A DNA stretch of 64,000 nucleotides. Source: Octopus vulgaris. Lineage: Eukaryota. Under the pieces are notes generated by a model. That model ran no database searches, was not told the origin of the DNA, and saw nothing but the letters and a program-made list of their open reading frames with translations. Of this stretch, positions 41,281 to 54,234 are shown one piece after another. The stretch covers positions 68,138,001 to 68,202,000 of the forward strand of contig OX597820.1 of assembly GCA_951406725.2 (NCBI GenBank), given 5' to 3'. Each line of letters starts with the position of its first letter. Within the stretch, counting starts at the first letter, position 1. A program made the translations under genes and the position numbers.

Positions 41281-42235
41281 GGCGGCGAGCTGGCAGAATC
41301 GTTAGCACGCCGGGCGAAATGCTAAGCCGTATTTCGGCTTTCTGAGTTCAAATTCGCTGAGGCCGACTTTGCCTTTCAACCTTTTGGGGTCGATAAATTA
41401 AGTACCTGTTGCGTACTGGGGTCGATCTGATTGACTGGCACCCTCCCCAGAAAGTTCGGACCTTGTGCCTAGAGTAAAAAAGATTATGTGTATATTGATG
41501 TAAATATGGTAAGGCGGCGAGCTGGCAGAATCGTTAGCACGCCTGGCGAAATGCTTATCAGTATGTCCGGTTATGAGTTCAAATTTTGCCGAGGCCGTCT
41601 TTGCCTTTCATCCTTTCGAGATCGATAAATTAAGTGCCAGTTGAGTACTGGGGTCGATGTAATCGACTGACTCCCTCCCCGAAAATATCGGGCTTTGTGC
41701 CTAGAGTAGAAAAGATTTGTGTAAATATAGTACTGCTTTACTAGGTCAACACCATATCTATCCAAAACCATAACATTTTTTTCGTGAAAAGGGTTATCCA
41801 AAGCCTATATAAATGCTTCTCGTCTACATTTGGTCATGGTTTATCGAAACCTTTAGTGATCCGAAGTTTTAATGGCGCAATAGTGAGCACGCCTGGCTTC
41901 ACTTTCTGAGTTCAAATCTCGTTGAGGTCGACTTTGCTTTTCATTCTTTCGGTTTCGACAAAATAAGTACCAGTTAAGTGTTGCAGTCAATGTAATCGAC
42001 TATCCTCCTATCCCAAATTTCAGGCCTTGTGCCCATAGTAGAAAGGACTGGCAGAATCGTTAGCATGCCGGACGAAATGCTTAGCGGTAACGGCTGTTCA
42101 ACATAGCACCACAAGTTAACAATACTCGTACATTAGACGAGTGCATACAGACCGGTTTCCCTGGACATAAGAACGTACGAAATGCCGCGATGCATTTTGT
42201 CCTGTGTGCTAACGATTCTGCGAACTCGCTGCCTT
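41281..42235 (+). mobile_element. Cluster of SINE family A copies (41281-41485, 41512-41716, ~41895-42089 on +; isolated head at 42181-42235 on -)
   Basis: Repeated ggcggcgagctggcagaatcgttagcacgcc heads and gcctttca...gtcgataaattaagt cores. Confidence 0.85.
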
Positions 42236-42740
42236 GATGATGATGATGATGATGATGATAATGACGATGACGATGACGACGACGACGACGACGACGGCGA
42301 TGGTGGTGGCGGCGGCGGCGGCGGCGGTGGTGGTGGTGATGATGTATTATGGAGATGTACTTGCATAGCAAATGACCTGATCTGAGATTGTGTGCTGGAA
42401 CGAAAATAATTGCAGCGTTTAAGAAACACACAAAGAGATGCAGAACGGAATTTTGTCAGTGAACAGGTCGCGGTCTCAAAGTGACGAAAATGTTTTGGCA
42501 AGTTAAATTTAAATGTTGAAGTGAATCTAACGATTTTTGTGTGTTTCTTAAATGGCTTTTAAACACCTTCCACGCTACAATAATTATATACATCGATCTA
42601 AAACAACAGGAATACTAAAGGAAGGCCGGATTTTAAGAGAAGAGAAAACCAAGAGGTCTCATGCTAATTAATAAAAACAATTCCTGAGTAGAACTTATTA
42701 TTATTACCTCCGCCTTTGAAACTACTGAGCCAAAATTATT

Positions 42741-42771
<31 letters not shown>

Positions 42772-42856
42772 CCACCACCACCACCACCACCTTCCACCAC
42801 CACCACCACCACCACCACCACCACCCTCCTCCTCCTCCTCCTCCTCCTCCTCCTCA

Positions 42857-42913
<57 letters not shown>
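42236..42913. repeat. Compound trinucleotide repeats: (GAT/GAC/GGC/GGT) at 42236-42345 and (CAT/CAC/CCT/ATT) at 42737-42913
   Basis: Direct reading. Confidence 0.9.
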
Positions 42914-42914
<1 letters not shown>

Positions 42915-43395
42915 GTGAGAGAGCAGTGCATGCCATCAAAGTGACACTGGGGTAAAATATACGAAGCCCAGTATACCTATCATGACTACCCCTCTGTTAA
43001 GAGTACACCAGGCACATGCATCATGACTATATGTTCGCGACATGGTGATCTCATATAAAGATAAACAGCAGATGGGGTCCAGTTAGAATTTTCTTCAGAT
43101 CAAGAAGCCCACCTTGCTCAAAAGATCTCTGAATAAGGATTGTTTAAAGATGTTTCCAAAGGTGAATTATTCAAACACCAAAGAATTCTTCGGAACACAT
43201 GGCTATTATTCCCCCTGTGATGCCAGTAAGAGACATGCTCAGCTGGTTATGGTCAAACAATAGACAAGCAAATCTGTGAAAATTGAGCAGAATATATGCT
43301 GTAGCCCATCATTTATACCAAGTCAAAACAATATACATGATAACACTTATACTCATCAGATAAGATCGGAAGCCATGGGAGCCGCTGCCTGGTAT
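42915..43395. repeat. Unclassified dispersed repeat (partial paralog at ~10065-10240)
   Basis: Both loci share tcaaac.ccaaagaat...cacatgg...gacatgctca...gacaagcaaatctgtg...ttgagcagaatat.tgct. Confidence 0.6.
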
Positions 43396-43570
43396 TGTTG
43401 TTGTTATTATTATTATACTGGTTGCCAACAAATGCACAAGACCACCAATTTTGAGGCAAGAGAACAAATAATATTATCGATTCAGTTCCATATTTAAGAG
43501 ATGAGGAATTACGTACATTATTTACATTATTTACATTAGATGGATATTTGACCTCATCTTGTTTGTTGTT

Positions 43571-43616
43571 AACACAATGTTTCAGCTGATATACCCTCCA
43601 GCCTTCATCAGGTGTC
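43571..43616 (-). ncRNA. Type I HHR motif in a short element (~43494-43680, family P4)
   Basis: Minus strand: gacac CUGAUGA A ggcug-gagggtatat-cagcu GAAA C(A)UU guguu. Stem I 5 bp, stem II 5 bp; the stem III palindrome AACGUU appears CpG-decayed to AACAUU. Confidence 0.65.
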
Positions 43617-44010
43617 TTGGGGGAAATTTCGAACCTGGGTTCTCATTCCTAAGATATTTTTTCGATGTTATTATTATTATCCATTGCTGCATGAAATTGA
43701 TAACTGGTACTTTACTTAATCGAAGGATAATCTTAACCCGGAAGGTTAAAAAGCAAAATGAACCCCAATAATATTCTCCGAACTTAAAGGAACATTATAT
43801 AACGCAGTAAAGCATTTTCTACTGACGTAAGGAGAGGAATTTAGAGAGTAGACAAGAGATTATAGCCACTTGATTGACGTGACTTGATTGATGTGATTGA
43901 TTGACGTGACTGATTGACGTGACTGGTATTCATCTTTTCTTTCGCAGCAGGATAAAATGGACTAGTAGTGCAATAAACTAATACATACTTTTACCAAACG
44001 ATGATAATAA

Positions 44011-44223
44011 TCCTTTTTATTATAGGTACAAGGCCTGAAATTTGGTGAGAGGGGCTAGTCGATTACATCGACGCTAGTGTTTCACTGGTACTTAATTTAT
44101 CGACTCTGAAAGGATGAAAGGCAAAGTCGACCTCGACGGAATATGAACCCAGAACGTAAAGAGGGACGAACTGCAACTAAGCATTTTGTCCGGCGTGCTA
44201 ACGATTCTACTTGCTCACCGCCT
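44011..44223 (-). mobile_element. SINE family A monomer
   Basis: aaaggatgaaaggcaaagtcgacctcgacgg...ggcgtgctaacgattct is the reverse complement of core and head. Confidence 0.8.
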
Positions 44224-44314
44224 TCTAAACGATTATAATAATGAATATGATTAAGATTCAGGCTATAATCACAGCCAAGTATCCTATATAAGACTTTGTT
44301 TTTAATTTAATAAC

Positions 44315-44380
<66 letters not shown>

Positions 44381-44384
44381 ACCC

Positions 44385-44429
<45 letters not shown>

Positions 44430-44617
44430 CATACATATATACATACATATATTATATATATATATATATACATACATATACATACATACACGTACATACA
44501 TTGAGGGGTCACACAGTGCAGTTTCCGAACTATCAGGTCAGTGGACCAACTTAAATAAACTGCTCACACACTCCCCACCCTACACGTATCTGTGTGTGTA
44601 TTTATATATGTATATAG

Positions 44618-44684
<67 letters not shown>

Positions 44685-44716
44685 TTTATTTAAAGCAGCA
44701 GAAAATTCAACAAAAC

Positions 44717-44754
44717 CTGTTACTCTGAGTTTCCCGTTGCCGTTCATCGGACAG
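44717..44754 (-). ncRNA. Type I HHR motif (family P5; element ~44682-44780 inside (TA)n)
   Basis: Minus strand: cugu CCGAUGA acg-gcaa-cgg GAAA CUC-A-GAG UA acag. Stem I cugu/acag, stem III ACUC/GAGU, GUA triplet; paralog at 63290-63327. Confidence 0.7.
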
Positions 44755-45114
44755 TTTCACATTTATGTGTTTACTCCGGTATATATATATATATATATAC
44801 ACACATATATATGTACACACACACACACACATACAGGCATACATACATACATGCATACATACATAAGGCGCCACACTATGCAGTCTCCGAACTAGCAGGT
44901 CAGTGGACCATCTTAAATAACTGCTTATACACTCCCCACCCAGCACATATGTGTGTGTATGTGTTTGTATTTACGTATGTATATAGGTACGCAAAGGTCG
45001 GTGGAGTGACGTGCATAGTTATACAATGAAATTCACGTCCACCCCTATTCTTGAACATATATACATGCATGTAAACATTCAGACATTCACGTCTATACCT
45101 GTTTTCACAATATT

Positions 45115-45515
45115 CTATTCTACTCTAGGCACAAGGCCCGAAAATTTTGGGGAAGGGGCCAGTCGATTGGATCGACCCCGGTATGCAAATGGTACTTAAT
45201 TTATCGACCCCAAATGGATGAAAGGCAAAGTCGACCTCGGCGGAATTTGAACTCAGAATGTATGTAAAGACAGACGAAATACCTGTTTCTTTATTACCCA
45301 CAAGGGGCTAAAAATAGAGGGGACAAACAAGGACAGACAAAAGGATTAAGCCGATTACATCGATCCCAGCTCGTACCTGGTACTTAATTTATCGACCCCG
45401 AAAGGATGAAAAGCATAGTTGTCCTCGGCAGAATTTGAACTAGGAACGTAAAGACAGACGAAATGCCGTTAAGCATTTCACCAGGCGTGCTGACGTTTCC
45501 GCAAACTCGCCACCT
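45115..45515 (-). mobile_element. SINE family A dimer
   Basis: Two tandem ggatgaaaggcaaagtcgacctcggcggaatttgaact units. Confidence 0.85.
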
Positions 45516-45688
45516 TCCTTATGTTTTTAACATTTTGTATAAACATACACGCACAGAAAAAGACATACATATATATAAGTGTGTGTTCATATATATTCAA
45601 TTAAAATATTCAGAATATACTGTTTAAATAAATGTAGGAGTGTGCATATATGGATGTATATATTCATGACGATTGTTCATCTTTCCTA

Positions 45689-45732
<44 letters not shown>

Positions 45733-46085
45733 AGGCTTTCTGTTTCTCTGTAGCAAATCCACACACATGCTTTTAGTTGGCCCGAGACCATAGTAGGTGA
45801 CCCTTAATAACTCCTGCTGTATTCTCATTCCTTCTCTCTCTTTCTGTCTATCTATCAATCAATCAGTCTATGTATGTATGTATGTATGTATGTATGTATG
45901 CATGTATCTATCTATCTATATATATATATATATATATATACTATATATTCAAGCTTTTAAACATATACACAGATATGTATGAATGCATATAATGCATATA
46001 TGTGTGTGGGTGTGTGCATGTATGTGTTTATGTAGATACGGTTATTTCTCTCTCTTCCCCTCTCTCTCGCCTTCCCTCTTCCCGT

Positions 46086-46140
<55 letters not shown>

Positions 46141-46213
46141 GTACTGGAATTTATCTTTCATTTCAAATTAATATAATGATATGCACTATTATATTAGCAT
46201 ACGATAAAATATA

Positions 46214-46273
<60 letters not shown>

Positions 46274-46839
46274 GCACACATACATATGTATATATATATG
46301 TATGTATGTACGAATATATATGTACAATAGGTAACGTATGTCATGATGTATGTTTGGTTTCAATGCGTGTATAATTGCATGTCTGCGGAAACAAAAAATA
46401 ACATTCCATGCACTAAACATTCCTCATATCTGCATTGTGTTTTACACAACACAATATTAGCTTCAGTATGGAACCGAAACCTGATGCATGGCGGCAAGTA
46501 ATTAGCGAGAAACCTAGCCAAAGTTCAGTATCCCAATAGCATTTGTCAATATATTTAGGAAATCAGTATATCAAGTTAATTACAAACTTTGTTCCAACTT
46601 TTACACGACTTCTTACCAAAAGTGTTAACGAGAACAAATATATCTTTGAGCAGTCTGTGTAATTATCCACTTTATCTGTAAAAGGAAATAACTAGAATAC
46701 CCAATAAAAGACTTAAGCATGAATTCATGTTAGAAAAGAAAAAAAGGAGAAAGCTGAAACGAAACATAAAAATTAAAAGATTAAAAGCAAAGGAAAATAT
46801 TTCATGTAAAAATCTCCACGAAACAGAATGTAACAGAAA

Positions 46840-46886
<47 letters not shown>

Positions 46887-47681
46887 GAGATATCTTGATA
46901 GATATATATATACATATATACATATATATATATATACGTATGTATGTATATATATATATATATATATATAGATAGATATATATATATATATATTTATCGA
47001 ATGCTTCGAAATGATGAAATAAGGCTCTCTGTACATAATTTAAGAAGGAGAAGAAATACAAGAAACACAACAAAATTAGCACCTTCTAAGACAACAACAA
47101 CAACAACTACTACAGCAATAACACAAGGAAACAAAAGACAAACAAAACATCTAAATAACAACGATGAAAAATCAGTGAAAATTAAACAGTGTTGTTGTAT
47201 TGCAATTGATAACAGTTTATGGGTAATTAGCTGTTTTGGAGTAATCATGCAATAAATGTTCCGCAAAAATGCATGAGCAATAATATTTAAATATAGCAGC
47301 ATAGAAGAAATGTATCGTTTCTAAATAGATGAATGTTGTTAGTTCATTAACATAGTGTAAGCATCCTAACAAAAAGAAAAGTCTGTAAAGGCTTCTGTAT
47401 GGATATGTGTATATTATATGTAAGTAGGTGTAAAAAGCTGAATAGTGGTGTGGTGTGGTGTGCATGATAAAATGGAGAGCTCTTCTTTCTGGTTAGTACG
47501 TATATAATATATTCGTAGGCAGACACACGCAAACACACATACACACACACACAAATACATACACATTCTCTCATTTTATATAAATATATATACAAATTGC
47601 TAAATAAGCATATATAAATATATATCTATATGTGTATATACATTTATATGCATGCATATATTTACATATGTGCGTGTATGT

Positions 47682-47778
<97 letters not shown>

Positions 47779-48639
47779 GAAAGGAAGCAAGATAGAGAGA
47801 GGGAGAGATTGAGAGAGAGAGAGGTGTTCATAAAATATACATACACATGTACAATGTAAATGTATACATGAAGCGAGTGTGAGTGTGTGAGTGTGTGAGT
47901 GTGTGTGTATGTGTGTGTAGGTTATTCCTAAATTGAATGTTCGATATTCGTCTGAGAATGTGGGCTTGTTGAAATGTTTCTCTCTATAAAAGTACCAACT
48001 CTGCATTTGGATTTCGGAATTACTGAGTAATAAGGGCGTGTTGCTCTATACGTGGTGTCACCTACATATATATACATACATTCATACATACATTCATACA
48101 TACATACATACAAACATACATACATACATACATACACACATACCTTCCCATTTATATATACACACATAAGTATGCAAACATATTTGTATACATACATATA
48201 TACAATACACACACACACTCATACACGCGCGCGCGATCACAAATTATAGAAGAAAAACACAAAGAATGGAGAATTATACATTCTTTAATACCCTTACGTT
48301 CGTTTCAGCTCGCTTGACGTTTCAAGATTCTACGATGTTGTAATCATGCATATTTATCTCTTCCATATTTGTTCAATTAACATTCTACGGAGACTGAGAA
48401 ATTTAACACCATCCTATCCTTATCGAAGCCCTTATAATGCATCAATTTGGCGTTTGAAGTTTGGATTTGCAAAGTTTGACAGTGACAGTTAAATCAATTT
48501 TAATCCCGTCGTGGCTTTCACAGTTTAATTTTGTTATAATTAGGCAAGTTTGATCCTTGCAGAGTGCTTAAATGTATTCAGATGGAGTTTTAATCTGTTT
48601 TAAAACCTTGAATATACTTTTATCCCTATATTTCTTTCA

Positions 48640-48800
48640 GGAATTTTACTGCGGCCATGCTGGAACACCGCCTTTAGTCGAACAAATCGACCCCAAGATT
48701 TTGTCTTTGTAAGTCTAGCACTTATTCTATCGGTCTCTTCTACCATATCGCTAAGTTACGGGGCCGTAAACACGCCAACATCAAACACAGGCACACAAAT
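48640..48800 (-). mobile_element. SINE family C, 3' half
   Basis: actgcggccatgctggaacaccgcctttagtcgaacaaatcgacccc. Confidence 0.75.
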
Positions 48801-48821
48801 ACATACCTACATTCATATATA

Positions 48822-49390
48822 TTGGGTTGTCCGGAAAGTTCGTGCCGATTTTGAAAGAAAAGAAAAAGCTCAATAAATACATGTCATTACATTTTTGATC
48901 AACTAAATATGAACCATTTTGTTGCACAATGCGTCTCCATCATTCCTTTAACTTGAAAATACACTCTTTCCAGAATTGAGGTGGTTTCATGGCAAATAAT
49001 TCTTCAAGGTATCTTTTTACGTTATCCAAGCAATTTAAATTTTTACCATTAAGACTATTCTGCAGAGACCCGAATAAGTGTAAATCCGAAGGAGCAATAT
49101 CTTGTGAATATGGAGGGTGGGGTAACACATCCCAGCCGAGCTGCAGCAATTTTTGTCTGGTTCCCAAATCATCAAGTGCCGAAAATGGTCTTTCTTATCT
49201 TCCATTTTAAAGGGTTTTAAAATTTTACAGAATTAACACAGGTTATAGGAACATAAAACTTCTTCCACGAAAAGATAGCTTAAACTAAATGGAGGTGTAG
49301 TCAAATCCTATTTTATGTACTCAACCATGTTCTAAAATAAGTCGAAAGCTAAGCTTCTATAAATCGGCGCGAACTTTCCGGACAAATATT
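48822..49390 (-). mobile_element. Internally deleted mariner (DD34D-type) element with both TIRs and TA flanks
   Basis: Left TIR TA|ttgggttgtccggaaagttcgtgccgattt; right TIR aaatcggcgcgaactttccggacaa....|TA; ORF 48940-49167(-) QKLLQLGWDVLPHPPYSQDIAPSDLHLF matches the mariner YSPDLAPSD motif. Confidence 0.92.
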
Positions 49391-49680
49391 TATACCCCTT
49401 AATCTTGAAGTCTATTGATATGTTATTGAACCGTTTCATGAATCTGTTTCGTTTATTTGCACGACTACGGCGTGTTATTTTTATGGTGATATGTTTGGTA
49501 GATTTTAAACATTGACGTCTTCTTCGCATGTAGGCTACTTGTATACGTATTTGTTTGTCCTTAATTGATTTATAAATTGATTAATTTTACCTTAACCGGT
49601 TGATTGCATGCAGACTACCTGATAAAATCAAACGTAGATTTAGGACAAAATGTAGATTTTATCCTTAATTTTTACCATAT

Positions 49681-50083
49681 ACTCTCTTTTACTTGTTTCA
49701 GTCATTTGACTGCGGCAGTGATGGAGCACAACCTTTAGTCGAGGAAATCGACCCCAGGACATATTCTTTGTAAGTCTAGTACTAATTCTATCGGTAGCTT
49801 TTGCCGAAGCGCTAAGTTACGGGGACGTAAACACATCAGCATCGGTTGTCAAGCGATGTTGGGTGGACAAACTCATACACACAAACATATACACACACAT
49901 ACTAATACATATGTTTATATGTATAAATATGTGTATATGTATATATATATATATATATATATACACGATAAGTTTCTTTCAGTTTCTGTCTACCAAATCC
50001 ACTCACAAGGTGCACGTAGTGGGACTAAACCCGGAACCATGAAGTTGGTAAGCAAGCTCCTTGCCACACAGCCACTCCTGCGT
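49681..50083 (-). mobile_element. SINE family C
   Basis: Tail ctcttttacttgtttcagtcatttgactgcgg and head cacagccactcctgcg. Confidence 0.85.
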
Positions 50084-50135
50084 CTACACACACACACGCA
50101 CACATATATATACATACATATATATATTAATAGTG

Positions 50136-50221
<86 letters not shown>

Positions 50222-50284
50222 CATACATACATACAAACACACACACACCCATATACATACAAACATAAATATATCATTATTCAT

Positions 50285-50505
50285 TTACTTCTTTCATTCA
50301 TTTAACTGCGGCCATGCTGGAGCAACACTTTGAAGTGTTTTTTTGTCGGACAAGTCGACACCGTGACTTATTTTTAGGCCTAGTACTTATTCTGTCGATT
50401 TCTTTGGTTGGTCCAGGGCTATAGTGGAAGACGGTTGTCCAAGTTGTCACACGGAGGGACTGAACCCGGAACTATGTGGTTGGGAAGCAAACTTCTTGCA
50501 ACACA
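50285..50505 (-). mobile_element. SINE family C, internally deleted
   Basis: aactgcggccatgctggagc...gggactgaacccggaactatgtggttgggaagcaa. Confidence 0.7.
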
Positions 50506-50525
50506 TCTAAGCCTAAAGAGAGAGC

Positions 50526-50556
<31 letters not shown>

Positions 50557-50671
50557 GGGAATGAGAGGAAGAGAGAAGGGGGAGTGAGATAGGTGGAGGG
50601 GAGGCGTGAGAGAGAGAAGGGAGTGTGAATGAGAAGGGGTTGAGTGAGATAAAAAGTGAGAAATAAAAAGA

Positions 50672-50720
<49 letters not shown>

Positions 50721-51285
50721 GTTTAAACGCTTCTGAATATTTATGAAACTATGATAGCAGAAGCTTGCATATCTCAATATATAATAAAGTATAAACTTAG
50801 ACACAATACAGAATCACAAACAGTCACACACACACATGCGTATATACATACATGCGCCTGCGCATACACACCTATGTGTTTGCGCAGGCGCATATATGTA
50901 TATATACGTATTTGCATGTGTGAGTGTGAGTGTGAGTGTGTGTGTGTGTGTGTATGTGCGTGTGTATGCGGGCATAGAATCATGTACTACACTGTTAACA
51001 CGTACGTATTATAATTAATATCATTATTAGTACGTACGTGCTGCATGGATAGATGTGTAATTAACGACCTCTATATACTTGATTGTAATGCATAAATCTT
51101 AGTTTTCTTTATCTTACTCTCTCTCTCTCTCTCTCTCTCACATGCACGCACACTCAGACATACAGACGTACACACGCATGCCCATATGTGTGTGTGTATG
51201 TGTGTGAATTTGTGCATGTATATACGTATATACACAAACCTTTATACATAGATATGTGTGTGTGTGTGTATATATATATATATAG

Positions 51286-51328
<43 letters not shown>

Positions 51329-51342
51329 TAGAGAAAGAGATA

Positions 51343-51386
<44 letters not shown>

Positions 51387-51535
51387 AAGAGAGAAAGAAT
51401 GGGAGAGAGAGTGATAGTCATATACACACATAGACTTCTCTCCCGGTACATATCTACATAGATATTGATATTTATATAAACATATATTACATAAATACAT
51501 ACACACATACATACATACATACATACATACATACA

Positions 51536-51619
<84 letters not shown>

Positions 51620-51692
51620 AACAGAGAGAGAGATAGAGATAGATAGATGTATATATGTATATATATATATATATCTTCATGTATACATATAA

Positions 51693-51746
<54 letters not shown>

Positions 51747-51789
51747 GTATGTATTTATATATATATATATATATGTATTTATATATATA

Positions 51790-51820
<31 letters not shown>

Positions 51821-52187
51821 GCGTGCATATGTTTTTGCAATGCTTATAAGGAAAAGTTTGAAAAACTTCAACGAATCAGAAAGTTTCTAATTCCATTAAT
51901 GCCATGTTAAAACTACGTTGATATACCGAATACATGGTTGCTGTTACTGCTGAAGGAAATGAAGATAATGTAGATTTGCATCTGCTAAAACTGATGCTAG
52001 ATGGCTAATTGCTAGAGTCGTTAGTATATTAGATAGATTGCCTCGAGGTGTTTGTTCCAGTTGCCTGCTTCCTGAGATCGAATCTCGTGGATATCAACTA
52101 TACTTTTCATACTTACCAGACCGATAAATAAATTGCCTTAAGATCAGCTATATCATTTTAGTGAGGGAAGACTAAGATATTTCTTTT

Positions 52188-52368
52188 CTCACAGCTTCTC
52201 TATCAAGTCGGAGCACCGGTTCTTGTCGAATCACCGAAGTTAAGGAACGTCGAACCTAGTTAGTACTGAGATATGTGACCGCTTGTTCAACCTAGAAGCT
52301 GTAAGTATCACTTGTTTACTCAAGGCGGTGTTCCAGCATGGCCACAATGCAATGAAACAAGTTAAAAA
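52188..52368 (+). mobile_element. 5S rRNA-derived SINE (SINE3-type): 5S head 52188-52305 plus CR1-like tail 52324-52368
   Basis: caccggttcttgtcgaatcaccgaagttaaggaacgtcgaacctagttagtactgagatatgtgaccgc matches metazoan 5S (CACCGGTTCTCGTCCGATCACCGAAGTTAAGCAACGTCG...GTTAGTACTTGGATGGGTGACCGC). It is followed by ggcggtgttccagcatggccacaatgcaatgaaacaagt, the same tail as SINE family C. Confidence 0.8.
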
Positions 52369-52494
52369 CATCTGTCAGTGAGAGGCTAGCAGCTCTTCTC
52401 AGAAATCTATCTGAAGTTCTATTAAAGTCCTCCAAAATCAGTTCTGATGGGCTGTTTGGCACAGGACAAGTTATAGAAGAATCCTGATCTTTTT

Positions 52495-52715
52495 CTTGCT
52501 TCAATCATTAGACTGCGGCCTTGTTGGAGCACAGCGTAAAATAATTTTTAGTCGAAAAAACTCAAGTCCTTATTTTTTAAGCCTGGTACCTGTTCTATCG
52601 GTCTCTTTTGCAGACCCACTAAATTAAAGGGGCATAGTCATACACTCTCTCTCACACACACATTTATATACATACATACATACATACATACATACATACA
52701 TACATACATACATAC

Positions 52716-52759
<44 letters not shown>

Positions 52760-52880
52760 GGCAGGCTTCTTTCAGTTTCCATCTACCAAATTTACTCACA
52801 ATGGCTTGATCGGCCCGAGGCTACAGTAAAAGACACTTGCCGAATGTGTCACGTAGTGGGAATGAACCCTGAACCATATT
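52495..52880 (-). mobile_element. SINE family C, decayed, with expanded internal microsatellite
   Basis: gactgcggccttgttggagcac...ggcccgaggctacagtaaaagacacttgccgaatgtg. Confidence 0.75.
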
Positions 52881-54019
52881 TGGGAATATGTAACAATTTG
52901 CCTACGTATGTGACTATCTGAACTGGAACCTAATACGGACGGTCGGCTGTGCACTTGCTATTTCCTCGTCAAATAATTGTTGAAGAATAACTAAAAAAAA
53001 AAAAAGAAAAGCAAACATGCTGTTTTGGAAAGAAATAGGGTTTTTCCCACAATTCCCAGAATGACAAACTGTTGGCCAAAACACTAGCCATATCTACCAG
53101 GAAAAAGAAAAAAGGTAAAGAATGCAAAAACGTCATTGAATCAACTATTTGAAACCTTTTGTTTTCCTTTGCAAAGCCAAAAGAAAAGAAAACCCTTTAG
53201 ATTCTCTTACCATTTTAACGTCTCCTTTCTTCACTGCAACATTAATAGGACTGAATAGCTGAATGCTCTTGATCTGGAGAATGTTTGCAATAAGAGTCCT
53301 GCATTGAATGACCTGTGGTTAGTTCATTTTAATATAGTTGTCATCAGAGAGACAGGGTTTCTAACACACAGTCTCTCGTAATTCTTCAAGCCAAATTCGC
53401 GGATGTTTAAGGCTTTTCTGTTTCAGTTTACCAAAATGTTGGCAAGAAACAGTGGATTGCTTACCTAAATATGGATTTCGATGCCTGCCTCTACAGTATA
53501 CTCCAGCGGTTTGTAAATTCGATTTCTCGCCAGAGCTGGATAGTCTTCGCTACAAGCTTTATATTGTCATGACATATTTTCGCTACCCTTCTGACAGACA
53601 TATACCATAACTGACAGCAGACAAGGAGGATTTCAAGTTCTTTGAGATAAGGAATATTGGAATCCTTGGTGAACGATGCAAGCAAAGGAACTGTTATTGA
53701 AAACTTACTACACATATATCTGCTGAATGTAAGATTAAAGAATTTGCTTAGTGAGATTCACACTGCTATGGAGAAGGTTGTCAAGCTAAAACATAGACAA
53801 ATCTAGCCAGGGCACCCACCACTTCATAAGATACCTTGTAGAAGATATGCTCAAAGTACTGCGAAAAGCTGCATCTATATGCTTCCTTCAAAATCCTCTG
53901 TGCTGTCTGGGGTAAAAATGGCACAACGTTCTCTGTGTGTGGTCGTTTCAGGGTACTATAAAACACTGGCATGGTGTTCATGAGTATTCTGTTGGTTTTA
54001 CATTGCCTATATCTATATC

Positions 54020-54234
54020 TGCGTGGTGAACCCGCGCAGTTGTCGAGTGGTACCCGCGTGAGCGGAAACGACCACTCAGAAAACCTCCACAACAGAGGAG
54101 TTACGATTTTAAGAGGGCGATTGGGATCACGTGGATGAGGAAGGCGCGATCCAGAGAGGAGTGGACAGCGTGCTGTGACCAGCGGTGTCAAATGGACGCC
54201 CGACGGACTGGTCGGTCAAGGTGATCAAGGTGAT
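54020..54234 (+). mobile_element. RTE-clade LINE, extreme 3' end
   Basis: TRAVVEWYPRERKRPLRKPP...ITWMRKARSREEW translation with a short tandem tail caaggtgatcaaggtgat. Confidence 0.75.

Noticed and set aside
48290-48312. Half HHR motif on the minus strand (GAAACG-AA-CGUA aggg)
   Set aside because: No matching CUGANGA box or stem I partner was found upstream.
52188-52305. Functional 5S rRNA gene
   Set aside because: Single, diverged at both ends, lacks an immediate oligo-T terminator and is fused to a SINE/LINE tail.
53290-53960. Possible L1/Tx1 3' remnant and ORF 53781-54191(-)
   Set aside because: No diagnostic motif; the ORF is partly the antisense of the RTE fragment at 54020-54234.
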